A stretch of 63,328 bases of DNA, the filler included, from Octopus bimaculoides (lineage: Eukaryota), in the NCBI RefSeq assembly GCF_001194135.2. It is 5 parts of 5 records of this genome, joined end to end, with 100 filler letters (N's around TTAATTAATTAA, not from the genome) between each part and the next. Parts side by side here need not be neighbours in the genome. Positions count along the whole stretch, not along the records: positions 34,577 to 52,135 come from NC_069005.1; 4 more parts are not named here. The stretch is one strand, 5' to 3'. Position numbers and translations under genes: made by a program. How positions within the stretch are numbered: the first letter of the stretch is position 1; the number at the start of each line of letters is the position of its first letter. The notes under the pieces are model-generated. The model did no database searches and was not told the DNA's origin. It saw only the letters and a program-made list of their open reading frames with translations. Positions 37,151-50,646 of this stretch are shown here, piece after piece.

Positions 37151-39752
37151 NNNNNNNNNNNNNNNNNNNNNNNNNNNNNNNNNNNNNNNNNNNNNNNNNN
37201 NNNNNNNNNNNNNNNNNNNNNNNNNNNNNNNNNNNNNNNNNNNNNNNNNNNNNNNNNNNNNNNNNNNNNNNNNNNNNNNNNNNNNNNNNNNNNNNNNNNN
37301 NNNNNNNNNNNNNNNNNNNNNNNNNNNNNNNNNNNNNNNNNNNNNNNNNNNNNNNNNNNNNNNNNNNNNNNNNNNNNNNNNNNNNNNNNNNNNNNNNNNN
37401 NNNNNNNNNNNNNNNNNNNNNNNNNNNNNNNNNNNNNNNNNNNNNNNNNNNNNNNNNNNNNNNNNNNNNNNNNNNNNNNNNNNNNNNNNNNNNNNNNNNN
37501 NNNNNNNNNNNNNNNNNNNNNNNNNNNNNNNNNNNNNNNNNNNNNNNNNNNNNNNNNNNNNNNNNNNNNNNNNNNNNNNNNNNNNNNNNNNNNNNNNNNN
37601 NNNNNNNNNNNNNNNNNNNNNNNNNNNNNNNNNNNNNNNNNNNNNNNNNNNNNNNNNNNNNNNNNNNNNNNTGTGTGTGTGTGTGTGTGTGTGTGTGTGT
37701 TCTTGTATGTGTATGAAATTGTTAAAGTAAATATTATTTACGATAAAAATTTGCACGGTGACTTTAGAGTAAAACCTCTCAATACTCTTTGCTTGCATTT
37801 AGTATCTCTGACCACTACTCACCCCAGCTCCGTTTGTTGTTTTAGTTCCCCTTTTGTAATGTTATTTGTTTAGAATTTATCCATGTATGTAAAACATTCT
37901 AAGCAGGTGTGTATATTTAGGTGTTCCCCCTTCAGGTCATTGATTCGCTTTTAGTGGGCCACAGCAAAGATGTAGCTAAATATAGGGCATACCAGTAGTA
38001 ATTTTTCGTTTTGTTGGATTTAATCCTTTGCTTTGGCAACGTAAAGGTGAACGACTCTAAGTTTAGTCCAGTATTCAAAAGCTTAGTAACTGGCATTTTC
38101 AACTTCTTTGCAATAATATTGTTTTAGGATTCACAAAAGAATGTATGTAGGTGGTGTGTTTTAGCTGGTCAGTTTCTTTGATTGTTTTTGTTGATATTTA
38201 GAATATTCTGTTTTTATTTGGAGGGTAGGGGTTATTAGTCGAGCATGTCATGATATTTATATAGAAATGTGTTTATCTTGTGCTTTGATCTTCACAAGCG
38301 AATGTGTATAGGTGTAAAGGTTGTTGATCTCTATGTTTTTCTCTCGGGGTTCATTGTTCTATAAGCAATTTAATTTCCCCAAAACACCTTTTTATCACAA
38401 CCAACCTTACAACCTAATTACCACACCAATCAAATTCACATACCCAAAGAAGATTTTAACTTAATATAGACTATATAAAGCCATGATTAGATTCAATGCA
38501 TCGGAGTCCGACGGATGACTTAGCCGATCGGAACTTTGTAGTTACTGCTAATAATATTCTTGTTTAAGAATAATATAAACAATTTAAACGATAATATAAA
38601 CAATAACACAGATGGGTTGAGCTTCACAACATCTGTTTCAGACTCATTATTTATTGATGAACAAAGCAATTATGTCATGTAAAAAAAAAGGTTTTCTTCA
38701 GGTGAATTAAGACTAAAATTTATTATGCAACGTATTTAACACAAAGCCTTGTCAATGGATTTGGTCGACGGAAACTGAAAGAAGCCCGTCGTGTGTGTGT
38801 GTGTGTGTGTGTGTGTGNNNNNNNNNNNNNNNNNNNNNNNNNNNNNNNNNNNNNNNNNNNNNNNNNNNNNNNNNNNNNNNNNNNNNNNNNNNNNNNNNNN
38901 NNNNNNNNNNNNNNNNNNNNNNNNNNNNNNNNNNNNNNNNNNNNNNNNNNNNNNNNNNNNNNNNNNNNNNNNNNNNNNNNNNNNNNNNNNNNNNNNNNNN
39001 NNNNNNNNNNNNNNNNNNNNNNNNNNNNNNNNNNNNNNNNNNNNNNNNNNNNNNNNNNNNNNNNNNNNNNNNNNNNNNNNNNNNNNNNNNNNNNNNNNNN
39101 NNNNNNNNNNNNNNNNNNNNNNNNNNNNNNNNNNNNNNNNNNNNNNNNNNNNNNNNNNNNNNNNNNNNNNNNNNNNNNNNNNNNNNNNNNNNNNNNNNNN
39201 NNNNNNTATATATATATATATCATAGTTGACTGCCTAGGTAGAGTCATAAAAACAACCAAGAAAAGTAAGAAAGAAAAAAGGAATATCGAATAAGTTAAG
39301 TAGAAACGTTAGAAAAGAGGATATCGTTGTAGAAGTATCTCAGGAGTGGCAGGAGTAATTAAAGATATTGAGTGGAAATTATATGAATTAAATATATAAG
39401 TACCAAAAGCCGGAGGAAAGAAAGGAAATATCGAAATATCAATGATACTGCCCAAGGCAAGACAGTTCATTCTGAAGCAGGCTCAGAAATAGGAAACACC
39501 TGCTGGTAAAAATCTTAAAGACGTTGGAGAATTTCTGTCTTGTTCTCTGACCCATGACGTCTTTTGAATATAAGAATGCACTTATTAGGGCATTGCTCTG
39601 CTATTATGCCGTAGGGGGTCATAAAATTAGAGATTAGCGTCTGTGTTTTTCTTCGGAAACGCTGTAGAGTGTGAAGTTAGACGGAACGGATAGGGTTAAA
39701 TATTAATTTGGTCACGAAGCAATAGAGATAAGCAGTAATATCACTGGTATTA

Positions 39753-39792
<40 letters not shown>

Positions 39793-40426
39793 TAATAATA
39801 ATAGTAAGAAGATGATGATGATGATGATGATGATGNNNNNNNNNNNNNNNNNNNNNNNNNNNNNNNNNNNNNNNNNNNNNNNNNNNNNNNNNNNNNNNNN
39901 NNNNNNNNNNNNNNNNNNNNNNNNNNNNNNNNNNNNNNNNNNNNNNNNNNNNNNNNNNNNNNNNNNNNNNNNNNNNNNNNNNNNNNNNNNNNNNNNNNNN
40001 NNNNNNNNNNNNNNNNNNNNNNNNNNNNNNNNNNNNNNNNNNNNNNNNNNNNNNNNNNNNNNNNNNNNNNNNNNNNNNNNNNNNNNNNNNNNNNNNNNNN
40101 NNNNNNNNNNNNNNNNNNNNNNNNNNNNNNNNNNNNNNNNNNNNNNNNNNNNNNNNNNNNNNNNNNNNNNNNNNNNNNNNNNNNNNNNNNNNNNNNNNNN
40201 NNNNNNNNNNNNNNNNNNNNNNNNNNNNNNNNNNNNNNNNNNNNNNNNNNNNNNNNNNNNNNNNNNNNNNNNNNNNNNNNNNNNNNNNNNNNNNNNNNNN
40301 NNNNNNNNNNNNNNNGGTTCAGTCCCACTGTGCGGCACCTTATGCAAGTGTCTTCTACTATAGCCTAGGACCGACCAAAACCTTGTCATCGGATTTGGTA
40401 GACGGAAACTGAAAGAAACCTATCAT

Positions 40427-40482
<56 letters not shown>

Positions 40483-41039
40483 GAAAAAAATTAGCACCGG
40501 GGGTCGATTCCTTCATAAAAAAGTTCAAGGCGTTGTCCCAGCATGGCCGAGGTATAATGACTTTAACAAGTAAAAATGATAAACGATAAACGATAAAGCA
40601 CGTTGGCACACATAATAACGTAAATGCAGCATATGTAAACACAACCAATTCACATGCGTAACACAGAAACAGCAAATAGCTGAACACGTGAAACATATGT
40701 AACCAAATGTGAAGTCGGTAAATAGAGGTTTAACATGTAAAATGCATTCGTAACACACGTGAACTCTAAGAAATACGGTTAAGAATTGGTATTTAACAGC
40801 TAATTTCTGCACTGCTGTTATTGCTTATGATGCAGCTCTTGTTGCAGCTGTGACATATGCATGAGAGATTGCGTTTTGTTTCATCCAGTGCAGTTGCTCC
40901 TAATTATTGCAGCAGTTTTATCTGCTCACTTCTGCACTCGACAATTTCACACTTGAAAATAAAAATAATTGAATGTAATTCTCAGCTGTAAATGCTTACA
41001 TGTACACGCGTGCATGCACACACAGATGCACACACACAT

Positions 41040-41079
<40 letters not shown>

Positions 41080-41645
41080 ACGCATTCCCTCATACACATA
41101 AATGATTTTACACGAATTCACATGTAAAACATTGTCATTCACGCACACACGTATACAGAGATACCAAAATCATATACACACACACACGCCCGCGTAGACA
41201 CACAATCGCGAACGCGCTNNNNNNNNNNNNNNNNNNNNNNNNNNNNNNNNNNNNNNNNNNNNNNNNNNNNNNNNNNNNNNNNNNNNNNNNNNNNNNNNNN
41301 NNNNNNNNNNNNNNNNNNNNNNNNNNNNNNNNNNNNNNNNNNNNNNNNNNNNNNNNNNNNNNNNNNNNNNNNNNNNNNNNNNNNNNNNNNNNNNNNNNNN
41401 NNNNNNNNNNNNNNNNNNNNNNNNNNNNNNNNNNNNNNNNNNNNNNNNNNNNNNNNNNNNNNNNNNNNNNNNNNNNNNNNNNNNNNNNNNNNNNNNNNNN
41501 NNNNNNNNNNNNNNNNNNNNNNNNNNNNNNNNNNNNNNNNNNNNNNNNNNNNNNNNNNNNNNNNNNNNNNNNNNNNNNNNNNNNNNNNNNNNNNNNNNNN
41601 NNNNNNNNNNNNNNNNNNNNNNNNNGTGTGTGTGTGTTATGTTTG

Positions 41646-41846
41646 TGTGTCTGTGTTTGTCCCCCTCCACCATCGCTTGACAACCGATGTTGGTGTGTCC
41701 ACGTCCCCGTAACTTAGCGGTTCGGCAAAAGAGACCGATAGAATAAATACTAGGCTTACAAAGAATAAGTACTGGGGTCGATTTGTTTGACTAAAGGCGG
41801 TGCTCCAGCATGGCCGTGGTCAAATGACTGAAACAAATAAAAGAAT
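41646..41846 (+). mobile_element. SINE family 1, 3' half (CpG-intact copy)
   Basis: cgcttgacaaccgatg..gtaacttagcggttcggcaaaagagaccgatagaat..gctccagcatggccg aligns with 12135-12331. Confidence 0.75.
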
Positions 41847-41862
41847 ATATGTATATATATAC

Positions 41863-41896
<34 letters not shown>

Positions 41897-42207
41897 ATAT
41901 GACGAACTTCTCGCAATTTTCGTTACCCACATTCGCACAGAAAACATTAGTCGGCTAAAAGCTATAGCAGAAGACATTTGTGACAGGTGCCACGCAGCGG
42001 GACTGATCTCGCATTCACGTGGTTGCAAAGCGAGTTTCTTAACCACATACCCATAATCTGAATTGTCTATGTACACATTTCTTTCATGCGTAGACAAACA
42101 ATAGTATTTACATCGGAAGTTTCATATAAGTCTCCCGACGGGAAAAGTACTGGAAGAAGACTTCGACAAACGCTAATAAATCTTCTCCTAGTCTGCTTAC
42201 CTGCTTA

Positions 42208-42240
<33 letters not shown>

Positions 42241-43048
42241 CCTATCTATCTATCTATTTATCTATCTATGTATCTATCTTTTTCTAACTACATTTCTGCT
42301 TGTCTATCGATTTAACTATTATTTGTATATTACAAAAATGCATACATACACAAACACACGCAGCAACATATATATACTGTAGGTATACATATACATACAC
42401 ACGTACATACACGCGTACATATTCATACATACATATGTATATATATATATATATATATNNNNNNNNNNNNNNNNNNNNNNNNNNNNNNNNNNNNNNNNNN
42501 NNNNNNNNNNNNNNNNNNNNNNNNNNNNNNNNNNNNNNNNNNNNNNNNNNNNNNNNNNNNNNNNNNNNNNNNNNNNNNNNNNNNNNNNNNNNNNNNNNNN
42601 NNNNNNNNNNNNNNNNNNNNNNNNNNNNNNNNNNNNNNNNNNNNNNNNNNNNNNNNNNNNNNNNNNNNNNNNNNNNNNNNNNNNNNNNNNNNNNNNNNNN
42701 NNNNNNNNNNNNNNNNNNNNNNNNNNNNNNNNNNNNNNNNNNNNNNNNNNNNNNNNNNNNNNNNNNNNNNNNNNNNNNNNNNNNNNNNNNNNNNNNNNNN
42801 NNNNNNNNNNNNNNNNNNNNNNNNNNNNNNNNNNNNNNNNNNNNNNNNNNNNNNNNNNNNNNNNNNNNNNNNNNNNNNNNNNNNNNNNNNNNNNNNNNNN
42901 NNNNNNNNNNNNNNNNNNNNNNNNNNNNNNNNNNNNNNNNNNNNNNNNNNNNNNNNNNNNNNNNNNNNNNNNNNNNNNNNNNNNNNNNNNNNNNNNNNNN
43001 NNNNNNNNNNNNNNNNNNNNNNNNNNNNNNNNNNNNNNNNNNNNNNNN

Positions 43049-43116
<68 letters not shown>

Positions 43117-44452
43117 CATGAATACATAAATAAATGCATATATATATACATCTACTTCATCTATTTATTTTGTTGTCTTTGTTGACTCAGTTTTCATCAA
43201 TAGTACACAGCATCACAACACACAACACGCGCCACCACATAGCACACATGCGCACAGCACGCACAGAGAAACATCGATAAAGTAATTGACACGTCGTATC
43301 GATCTGCACTCAGTGATTTCAAAACATTCGGCAACAGCATGGCATTTTCCAAGGAAAGGAAAAAAAATAATAATAATCCTCCGTTGTTATGACAGTATTA
43401 CGTCACAAATCCTTAAGCGATAAACGTCTGTCTAATGCCATCTCTTCGCTGGATATCCGCTGACGAGAAAGCCAGTAGAATGAGTGGAGGTAACGGTGGA
43501 CTTGTGTCAGCGTTTCAGCACAATTGATTGGTGATTGTTCCCCGGGTTTTTGAAGCTCTTAAGTAATCAAGGTCTGTAAAGTGGCGTGGAACTAATGAGC
43601 ACAAATGAATACCGTCTTCTTTCGTATTACTTTTGTACCGATGAAGTTGTATTGTTGGTAGGAAATAATTATAAGCAGATGACGACGACGACGACGACGA
43701 AGATGGTGATGATGATGGTGATGAGGTGGAGGAGGAGAAGGAGAAGGAGGAGGAGGAAGTGGAGGACAATCATGATGATGTTGATAATTACGATTACCAT
43801 GATCATGATATATATACATAGGCTTTCACTTCATACACGCCAGCTCAATTTGATTCGTTCAGTCGAAAGACGCCTGTTGTTATTTCTTGTTGTTTCTATT
43901 CGTAATTATGTACCATTTTCTCCGGGGTTTTTTTTTGTCTTTGTTGCTGTACACATTCGCTGGCTTTCTTACAAAGGGGTCTAATGCTCTTAGTTTNNNN
44001 NNNNNNNNNNNNNNNNNNNNNNNNNNNNNNNNNNNNNNNNNNNNNNNNNNNNNNNNNNNNNNNNNNNNNNNNNNNNNNNNNNNNNNNNNNNNNNNNNNNN
44101 NNNNNNNNNNNNNNNNNNNNNNNNNNNNNNNNNNNNNNNNNNNNNNNNNNNNNNNNNNNNNNNNNNNNNNNNNNNNNNNNNNNNNNNNNNNNNNNNNNNN
44201 NNNNNNNNNNNNNNNNNNNNNNNNNNNNNNNNNNNNNNNNNNNNNNNNNNNNNNNNNNNNNNNNNNNNNNNNNNNNNNNNNNNNNNNNNNNNNNNNNNNN
44301 NNNNNNNNNNNNNNNNNNNNNNNNNNNNNNNNNNNNNNNNNNNNNNNNNNNNNNNNNNNNNNNNNNNNNNNNNNNNNNNNNNNNNNNNNNNNNNNNNNNN
44401 NNNNNNNNNNNNNNNNNNNNNNNNNNNNNNNNNNNNNNNNNNNNNNNNNNNN

Positions 44453-44483
<31 letters not shown>

Positions 44484-45999
44484 ATATGTATGTTTGTATA
44501 AAGGGTGGTGCATGGAAAAGTATCCTAGGTTCCGTAACATAGTGTACATACAAAAAAAATTTACAAGTGCTGGAAAGGACTCACTATTTTAGATTTTGAA
44601 AATGGTTCTCTGCAGCATCAATACACACCTGTGCAGGGTTAACCATGTTTAGGTATGCTCGGTGTAAAATCGTGATATATTCCATGAGAAAATAGCAGGA
44701 AGCATGTTGTTATTTCGTGTATTTACTTTCCATTATAACCGTTCCAGCCATCAATAATCAAGTCCAATGAATAATTAGAAATTATTATGGAATAAGATCC
44801 ACCATTGAATCACATCATGGCATGAGATGGTGCGTTGAAATACGAAGTTTCTCAGCATTTTAGAATATATAAATACTTGAGAAATACGTCTTAACCAGTA
44901 GGAGTCAAATGGAAGAGAGGTGAGATTAATTGGACAATGAAAATAACATGGGTCATTAGAGATAATAATAATATACCGCGTACTTTGTGACGACTCTAAC
45001 CCATTACCCACACAGATTGTTTTCCTTTTGATTTTGTTTACGCACAGTAAGTTCAAGAATGAAGATAAAGGCATTACGTTTATTCTTTCTATACGATCGT
45101 TTCAATAGTACATTGTTCGGAGACCTCACGAATATAAATAATTAAGTAATATTTGTTTCCGATTATGGTACAACGCCAGTAAAGACTGACGAAATTCCTC
45201 TAAGTATTTTGCCCGGCGTGCTAACGATTCTGTCAGCTCACTCCTTTAAATGATTATGTAATATTAATTTCAATTTTTTGCGCAAGGCCGGGAGTTTCGA
45301 GAGAAGGATAATTTTCACGGCATCGACTCCAATGCACAATTGTACTTGTTTTATCGACCTCGAAAGTATGAAAGGATGACAGTCGTAGTCCACCTTGGTG
45401 GAATTTGAACTCAGAACGTAAAGACGGATGGACGAAATGCTTCTAAGTCAGATGAAATACGATAAATATCGAGGAGTCATGTGTGAGGGACGAGAAAGAT
45501 ACAAATCAATAAGGTTCTGTAGTAACACTCAAGGAAAGCATATTTGAGTGAGCGAAGTGTGTTGGTTTTCTTGCAGTAACGGTTTAGTACGATCATCTGG
45601 TTCGTATCTCGTGTCTTGTTGCGTGAAAATTTGTTATTATCTTTGATTATTCATTGTAAAACTTCAAATTCATAAAAAATTGAATATCAAGACAAATTTT
45701 TTCTTCATTGTTTTCAAATAATATTTCGAAAACACGTTCAAACAGCAAACATTTCAGAATTTAAAACAGAAAAAGTCTCGGATTATGAGAGGGATTATCA
45801 GAAACATGTGCCTCGAAGTACTGGGGTTATTAACCTTTCAGTTATTGTACATTAGCGGTATTTCGTCTGTCTATACGTTTTGAGCTCAAATTCTACCGAG
45901 GTCGACTTTGCCTTTTATCCTTTCGAGGTCGATAAATGAAATACCAGTTACGTACTGGGATCGATCTAATGGGTCGATCTAAACATATTTATTTGTGAA

Positions 46000-46222
46000 G
46001 GCGTGTGGCTTAGTGGTTAGGGCATTCGGCTCACGATCATAAGGTCGTGAGTTCAATTCCCGGCGACGCGTTGTGTCCTTGAGCAATACACTTTATTTCA
46101 CGTTGCTCCAGTCCACTCAGCTGGCAAAAAATGACTAGTACTTGTATTTCAAAGGGCCGGCTTTGTCACACTCTGTGTCACGCTGAATCTCCCTGAGAAC
46201 TACGTTATGGGTACACATGTCC
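46000..46222 (+). mobile_element. tRNA-headed SINE, family 3
   Basis: A box TGGCTTAGTGG (46006-46016) and B box GAGTTCAATTCC (46049-46060), followed by non-tRNA gtgtccttgagcaa..cacgttgctccag..ctcagctg. Second copy at 58357-58575. Confidence 0.75.
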
Positions 46223-47334
46223 AACACAAATATAAAGACATTCACACACACACACCGAGTTTCTGCTTTTTCCGTATACTGCCTTCTCAGTTTTTTTCAT
46301 GTTTCTTCTAGTATTCAGGCTTTTTTAGTCCTTTATACGTGGTCTGCGCCTGAAGAATATGCTTGAGTCTTCTCATTCTCAACACATGAAACTATTAGTA
46401 GCGCTTTAATACATGTCTTGTGCCCTTTAAATAAATAATATTTATCTCTNNNNNNNNNNNNNNNNNNNNNNNNNNNNNNNNNNNNNNNNNNNNNNNNNNN
46501 NNNNNNNNNNNNNNNNNNNNNNNNNNNNNNNNNNNNNNNNNNNNNNNNNNNNNNNNNNNNNNNNNNNNNNNNNNNNNNNNNNNNNNNNNNNNNNNNNNNN
46601 NNNNNNNNNNNNNNNNNNNNNNNNNNNNNNNNNNNNNNNNNNNNNNNNNNNNNNNNNNNNNNNNNNNNNNNNNNNNNNNNNNNNNNNNNNNNNNNNNNNN
46701 NNNNNNNNNNNNNNNNNNNNNNNNNNNNNNNNNNNNNNNNNNNNNNNNNNNNNNNNNNNNNNNNNNNNNNNNNNNNNNNNNNNNNNNNNNNNNNNNNNNN
46801 NNNNNNNNNNNNNNNNNNNNNNNNNNNNTATATATACATGGCGCAAGAGTGGCTGTATGATAAAAAGATGTAATCCGAAACGACGTAAGTCGAGGTCTGC
46901 TCTTGCTACTTGACACCTTTTCTGGTCCATCTGATCTTCTCCCGATACCTGCCATATCGCTTCTTTTAATCTGTTCCAAATTTATAAACTTATAAATTTA
47001 TGAATTTGAGAAAGCAAGGTATCAAAAAAAAAAGTCCCGATAGAATTATGCAAACATTACGGAAGAAAAAAAATACAAAAAAAAGCACACTAAACACAGC
47101 TAAACTATAAATATAAACAAAGATATGCATGACCTTCCAACATTTGACCTTGGAATAATAAATTATGTAAATGTCAGCAGAGAGAGGAAATTGTGTAATT
47201 TCATTTTTTCGTTTCTAAATTCTCTGTTAGCAGAGGTAAATTGACGGAAATTCGTTAATTCTAAGCAGGAAACTCAACCGAACAAAACACGTGACTTCGT
47301 TATCTGATCCTCATGCTTTGTTGCCACTAACATC

Positions 47335-47399
47335 ACCACCACTACTACTTCTGCTAACTCTCCTACTACAACTACTACTACTACTACTACTACTAGCCA

Positions 47400-47459
<60 letters not shown>

Positions 47460-47495
47460 GGCTGCTGCTGCCGCTGCTGCCGCTGCTGCCGCCGT
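47335..47495. repeat. (TAC)n/(GCT)n trinucleotide repeat
   Basis: Seen directly. Confidence 0.95.
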
Positions 47496-47906
47496 TAGCG
47501 CCTCCACTTGATATAAATAGAATTTTAAACGAACACACTATCACTATACAATTGTTAGCACTTGGATCCACATGTGCCACATGTGCCGCAGGTGCCGCGT
47601 AGGATGGTGTTGTCTTTATGCATTGTTGTCTGGATCGAGTGACAGAACCGACTGTAAGGTTTACTACTTGGGCCGATGACCATCCGAAAACCCAGAGGAA
47701 AAGTGACCGATAAAATAAGTACTGGCCTAGACCCGTTCGACTAAAATTCTTCAAGATGGTGCTCCAGCATGACCGCAGTGTAATGACAGAAGCCAGAAAA
47801 AAAAATTGACAAAAACAACGATGTTTCATTAGAAACGTCAGAACACAGTCCACTTGGGCTGCATTGGTTGCACGCAACACATCTTAACGATGGTTCATTT
47901 CTGATT

Positions 47907-48103
<197 letters not shown>

Positions 48104-48345
48104 CTAAAGGTAATTTATGGATAACCTGCATCTTGAACTTCGTGGCAGTAATACCAGAGAATTGTTAGGCAAACAAGAATCTCCGCAGAACTATGAGATT
48201 CATAAGGAACCGATGAAGAAGTTCACCCACTTGAAATCAATCTTTCTCCTTATCCGATTCTGCTGTTGTTGTTGTCACCGTTGATAATTTTGCTGTTGTT
48301 GTTGATGTTATTTTGATTGTTGTTTTTGTTTGTTTGTGTGTTTGT

Positions 48346-48385
<40 letters not shown>

Positions 48386-48596
48386 GCCACAGGTTATCCG
48401 TGAGTAATTTACATAGTCCAGTAACATAACACGAAACACAATGGTGAAATAAACAGATCGAATTGTTTATTCATGAAACAAGAGAAAAATTCATTGTTAC
48501 TTCATCCAAAACACCGTTTGTGTGTGCACAGCAAACGAAAACAGAGGGGAAAAAAATGTGTTAATGCTCACAAAAGAGAGCGTGGTTCCAAAAGTG

Positions 48597-48651
<55 letters not shown>

Positions 48652-48999
48652 GAAAGAGTGATTAAGAATGGTTATCAAAAAAAGGTAGCAGTTATCCAGT
48701 ATTTCTGTGCAACTTGGTTATGACAGAGTAAAATATGAACCTCAAAAATCGAATAAGAGACGTGTCGGTCCGATGTCAGCGGCGATTTGTACAAGTTTTT
48801 CTAAATGGGTACTGATGAAAGGGCAAAAAGTCCCGAAACATGGCATATACGCCAATTAATCTTTTTTCATCTTCGATTTCATTGTTTGCTCACATCTGAC
48901 GTCGCAGGTACGAAACGTCGTAACAAAAATCAATGCTAGCTATAATTTCTCTACAATATCTCTTTTAGTCTTTTACTCTCTTACTTGTTTCAGTGATAG

Positions 49000-49330
49000 T
49001 TAGTTACACAGACAGTAGAACTGGAAGTCATTACATATTACCGGAGATCCGAACATTGCCATCAGGGTACAGGGCCAGATACTGCAACAGCTTGGCTTTC
49101 AAGGGACCACAACACTTCAATGTCCTACCAAAATGCCTGAGAGACCTACATGGAGTAGATGTAGGTGTCTTCAAAACAAAACTGAATCTATTTCTGTCAA
49201 GAGTTCCGAATGATCCTACTCCGTGACATGGAATGCAGACGATGGCAGTAACATCATATACCCTCTTTCACCAAATGCTGCATATCACACAAAGTTTCAA
49301 ATAGTAAAAGTGTAGCAGAGCTAACGGCGA
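49000..49330 (+). mobile_element. CR1-type LINE 3' end
   Basis: NSLAFKGPQHFNVLPKCLRDLHGVDVGVFKTKLNLFLSRVPNDPTP matches the CR1-clade C-terminal GP..FN.LP..R..FK..LD.FL..PD.P pattern. Confidence 0.65.
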
Positions 49331-49589
49331 GGCTCCAGCTTGGCACCAGCTCTCGAGTAGAGTAGAGTGAAATAGAAATAAAAGAAAAAAAGCAAGATGC
49401 TTTCCTTCACAAGTTTGCTACCAAGCAGGTGACCGCTGGTCAGAATCAACTCTAAATTAAAACGAGAAAGAGAACATATACAGACAAACGCACGTATATA
49501 CATGTGTGATATTCATATATATGTGAATAGATTTGAACATAATGATGCTAAGCAGATGTGAATAATAGTGTATATCATCGCGTGTGTGT

Positions 49590-49706
49590 GTGAGAGAGAG
49601 AGAGAGAGAGACAGAGAGAGAGAAACAGAGAGAGAGAAACAGAGAGAGAGAAACAGAGAGAGAGAAACAGAGAGAGAGAAACAGAGAGAGAGAAACAGAG
49701 AGAGAG
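49590..49706. repeat. (AGAGAGAGAAAC)n 12-mer repeat
   Basis: Seen directly. Confidence 0.9.
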
Positions 49707-50290
49707 AAGTGAGGAGCGAATGTGTACGTGACTGTCTGTGTATGCACCTCTAATAGGCTGTTTAAACAGCTCTAACTCCTCCTTCGTAACAATGCTTAGA
49801 AGCGGTGTTGTCATATTTATAAGCAGCGTGTGGTATATTATTTACAGTCCGTTGAAGGGATTGAACAAGTAAACTAATTAGGAAAGTTCCATGCCCTTTA
49901 TACTCATATGTGTGTGTGTGTGTGTGTGTATGCATACATATATATGTATGTAATAAGTGAATGTATGCATATATATGAATAGGCAATTAAAGGTATGTGT
50001 GTGTATATATATATATATGCCTATAAATTATATATATGCGCATATATGTATATATGTATGCATATATATATATGTATATATATGCATATATATACATATA
50101 TATATANNNNNNNNNNNNNNNNNNNNNNNNNNNNNNNNNNNNNNNNNNNNNNNNNNNNNNNNNNNNNNNNNNNNNNNNNNNNNNNNNNNNNNNNNNNNNN
50201 NNNNNNAGGCTCCTGTCTTCATACCTTGCATTCTAGTTCTCCATGCACACTCTTTCGTAACTGCGACTGTACATAGAAAACAAGCCTCAC

Positions 50291-50380
50291 CTTGCTTAGA
50301 TAGTCCGGTGGGCGGTACACTCTTAATCACAGACTCAACCGATAACTGTACTCTTCCCAGGTGTGACAAAGAATAGACAG
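50291..50380 (-). CDS. Candidate symmetric 90-nt exon (VYSLSHLGRVQLSVESVIKSVPPTGLSKQ)
   Basis: Strong acceptor tttaatctttatatctccag| and donor CAAG|gtgagg; open only in phase 1; unique sequence among microsatellites. Confidence 0.35.
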
Positions 50381-50608
50381 CTGGAGATATAAAGATTAAA
50401 CCAGTAACAACGTTTGTTTTCGTATAGAGATACACGGTGAGAAGAGCTCAAAATGCTTTCTCCTTGATGATGTGTTGGGAAACCAAAACAATATTCGCAC
50501 CTACAAAGAAACACATACACACAAGCAGTAGCAAACTGAAAAATACACGACCACACTCACACAGTTGTATCTTCTTGCGCTTATTAATTTGCATACAGAC
50601 TACACAGA

Positions 50609-50646
<38 letters not shown>

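Noticed and set aside
46000-46070. tRNA-Val(CAC)-like gene
   Set aside because: A and B boxes are present but the acceptor stem does not close and it continues into a SINE body repeated at 58357; it is a SINE head.
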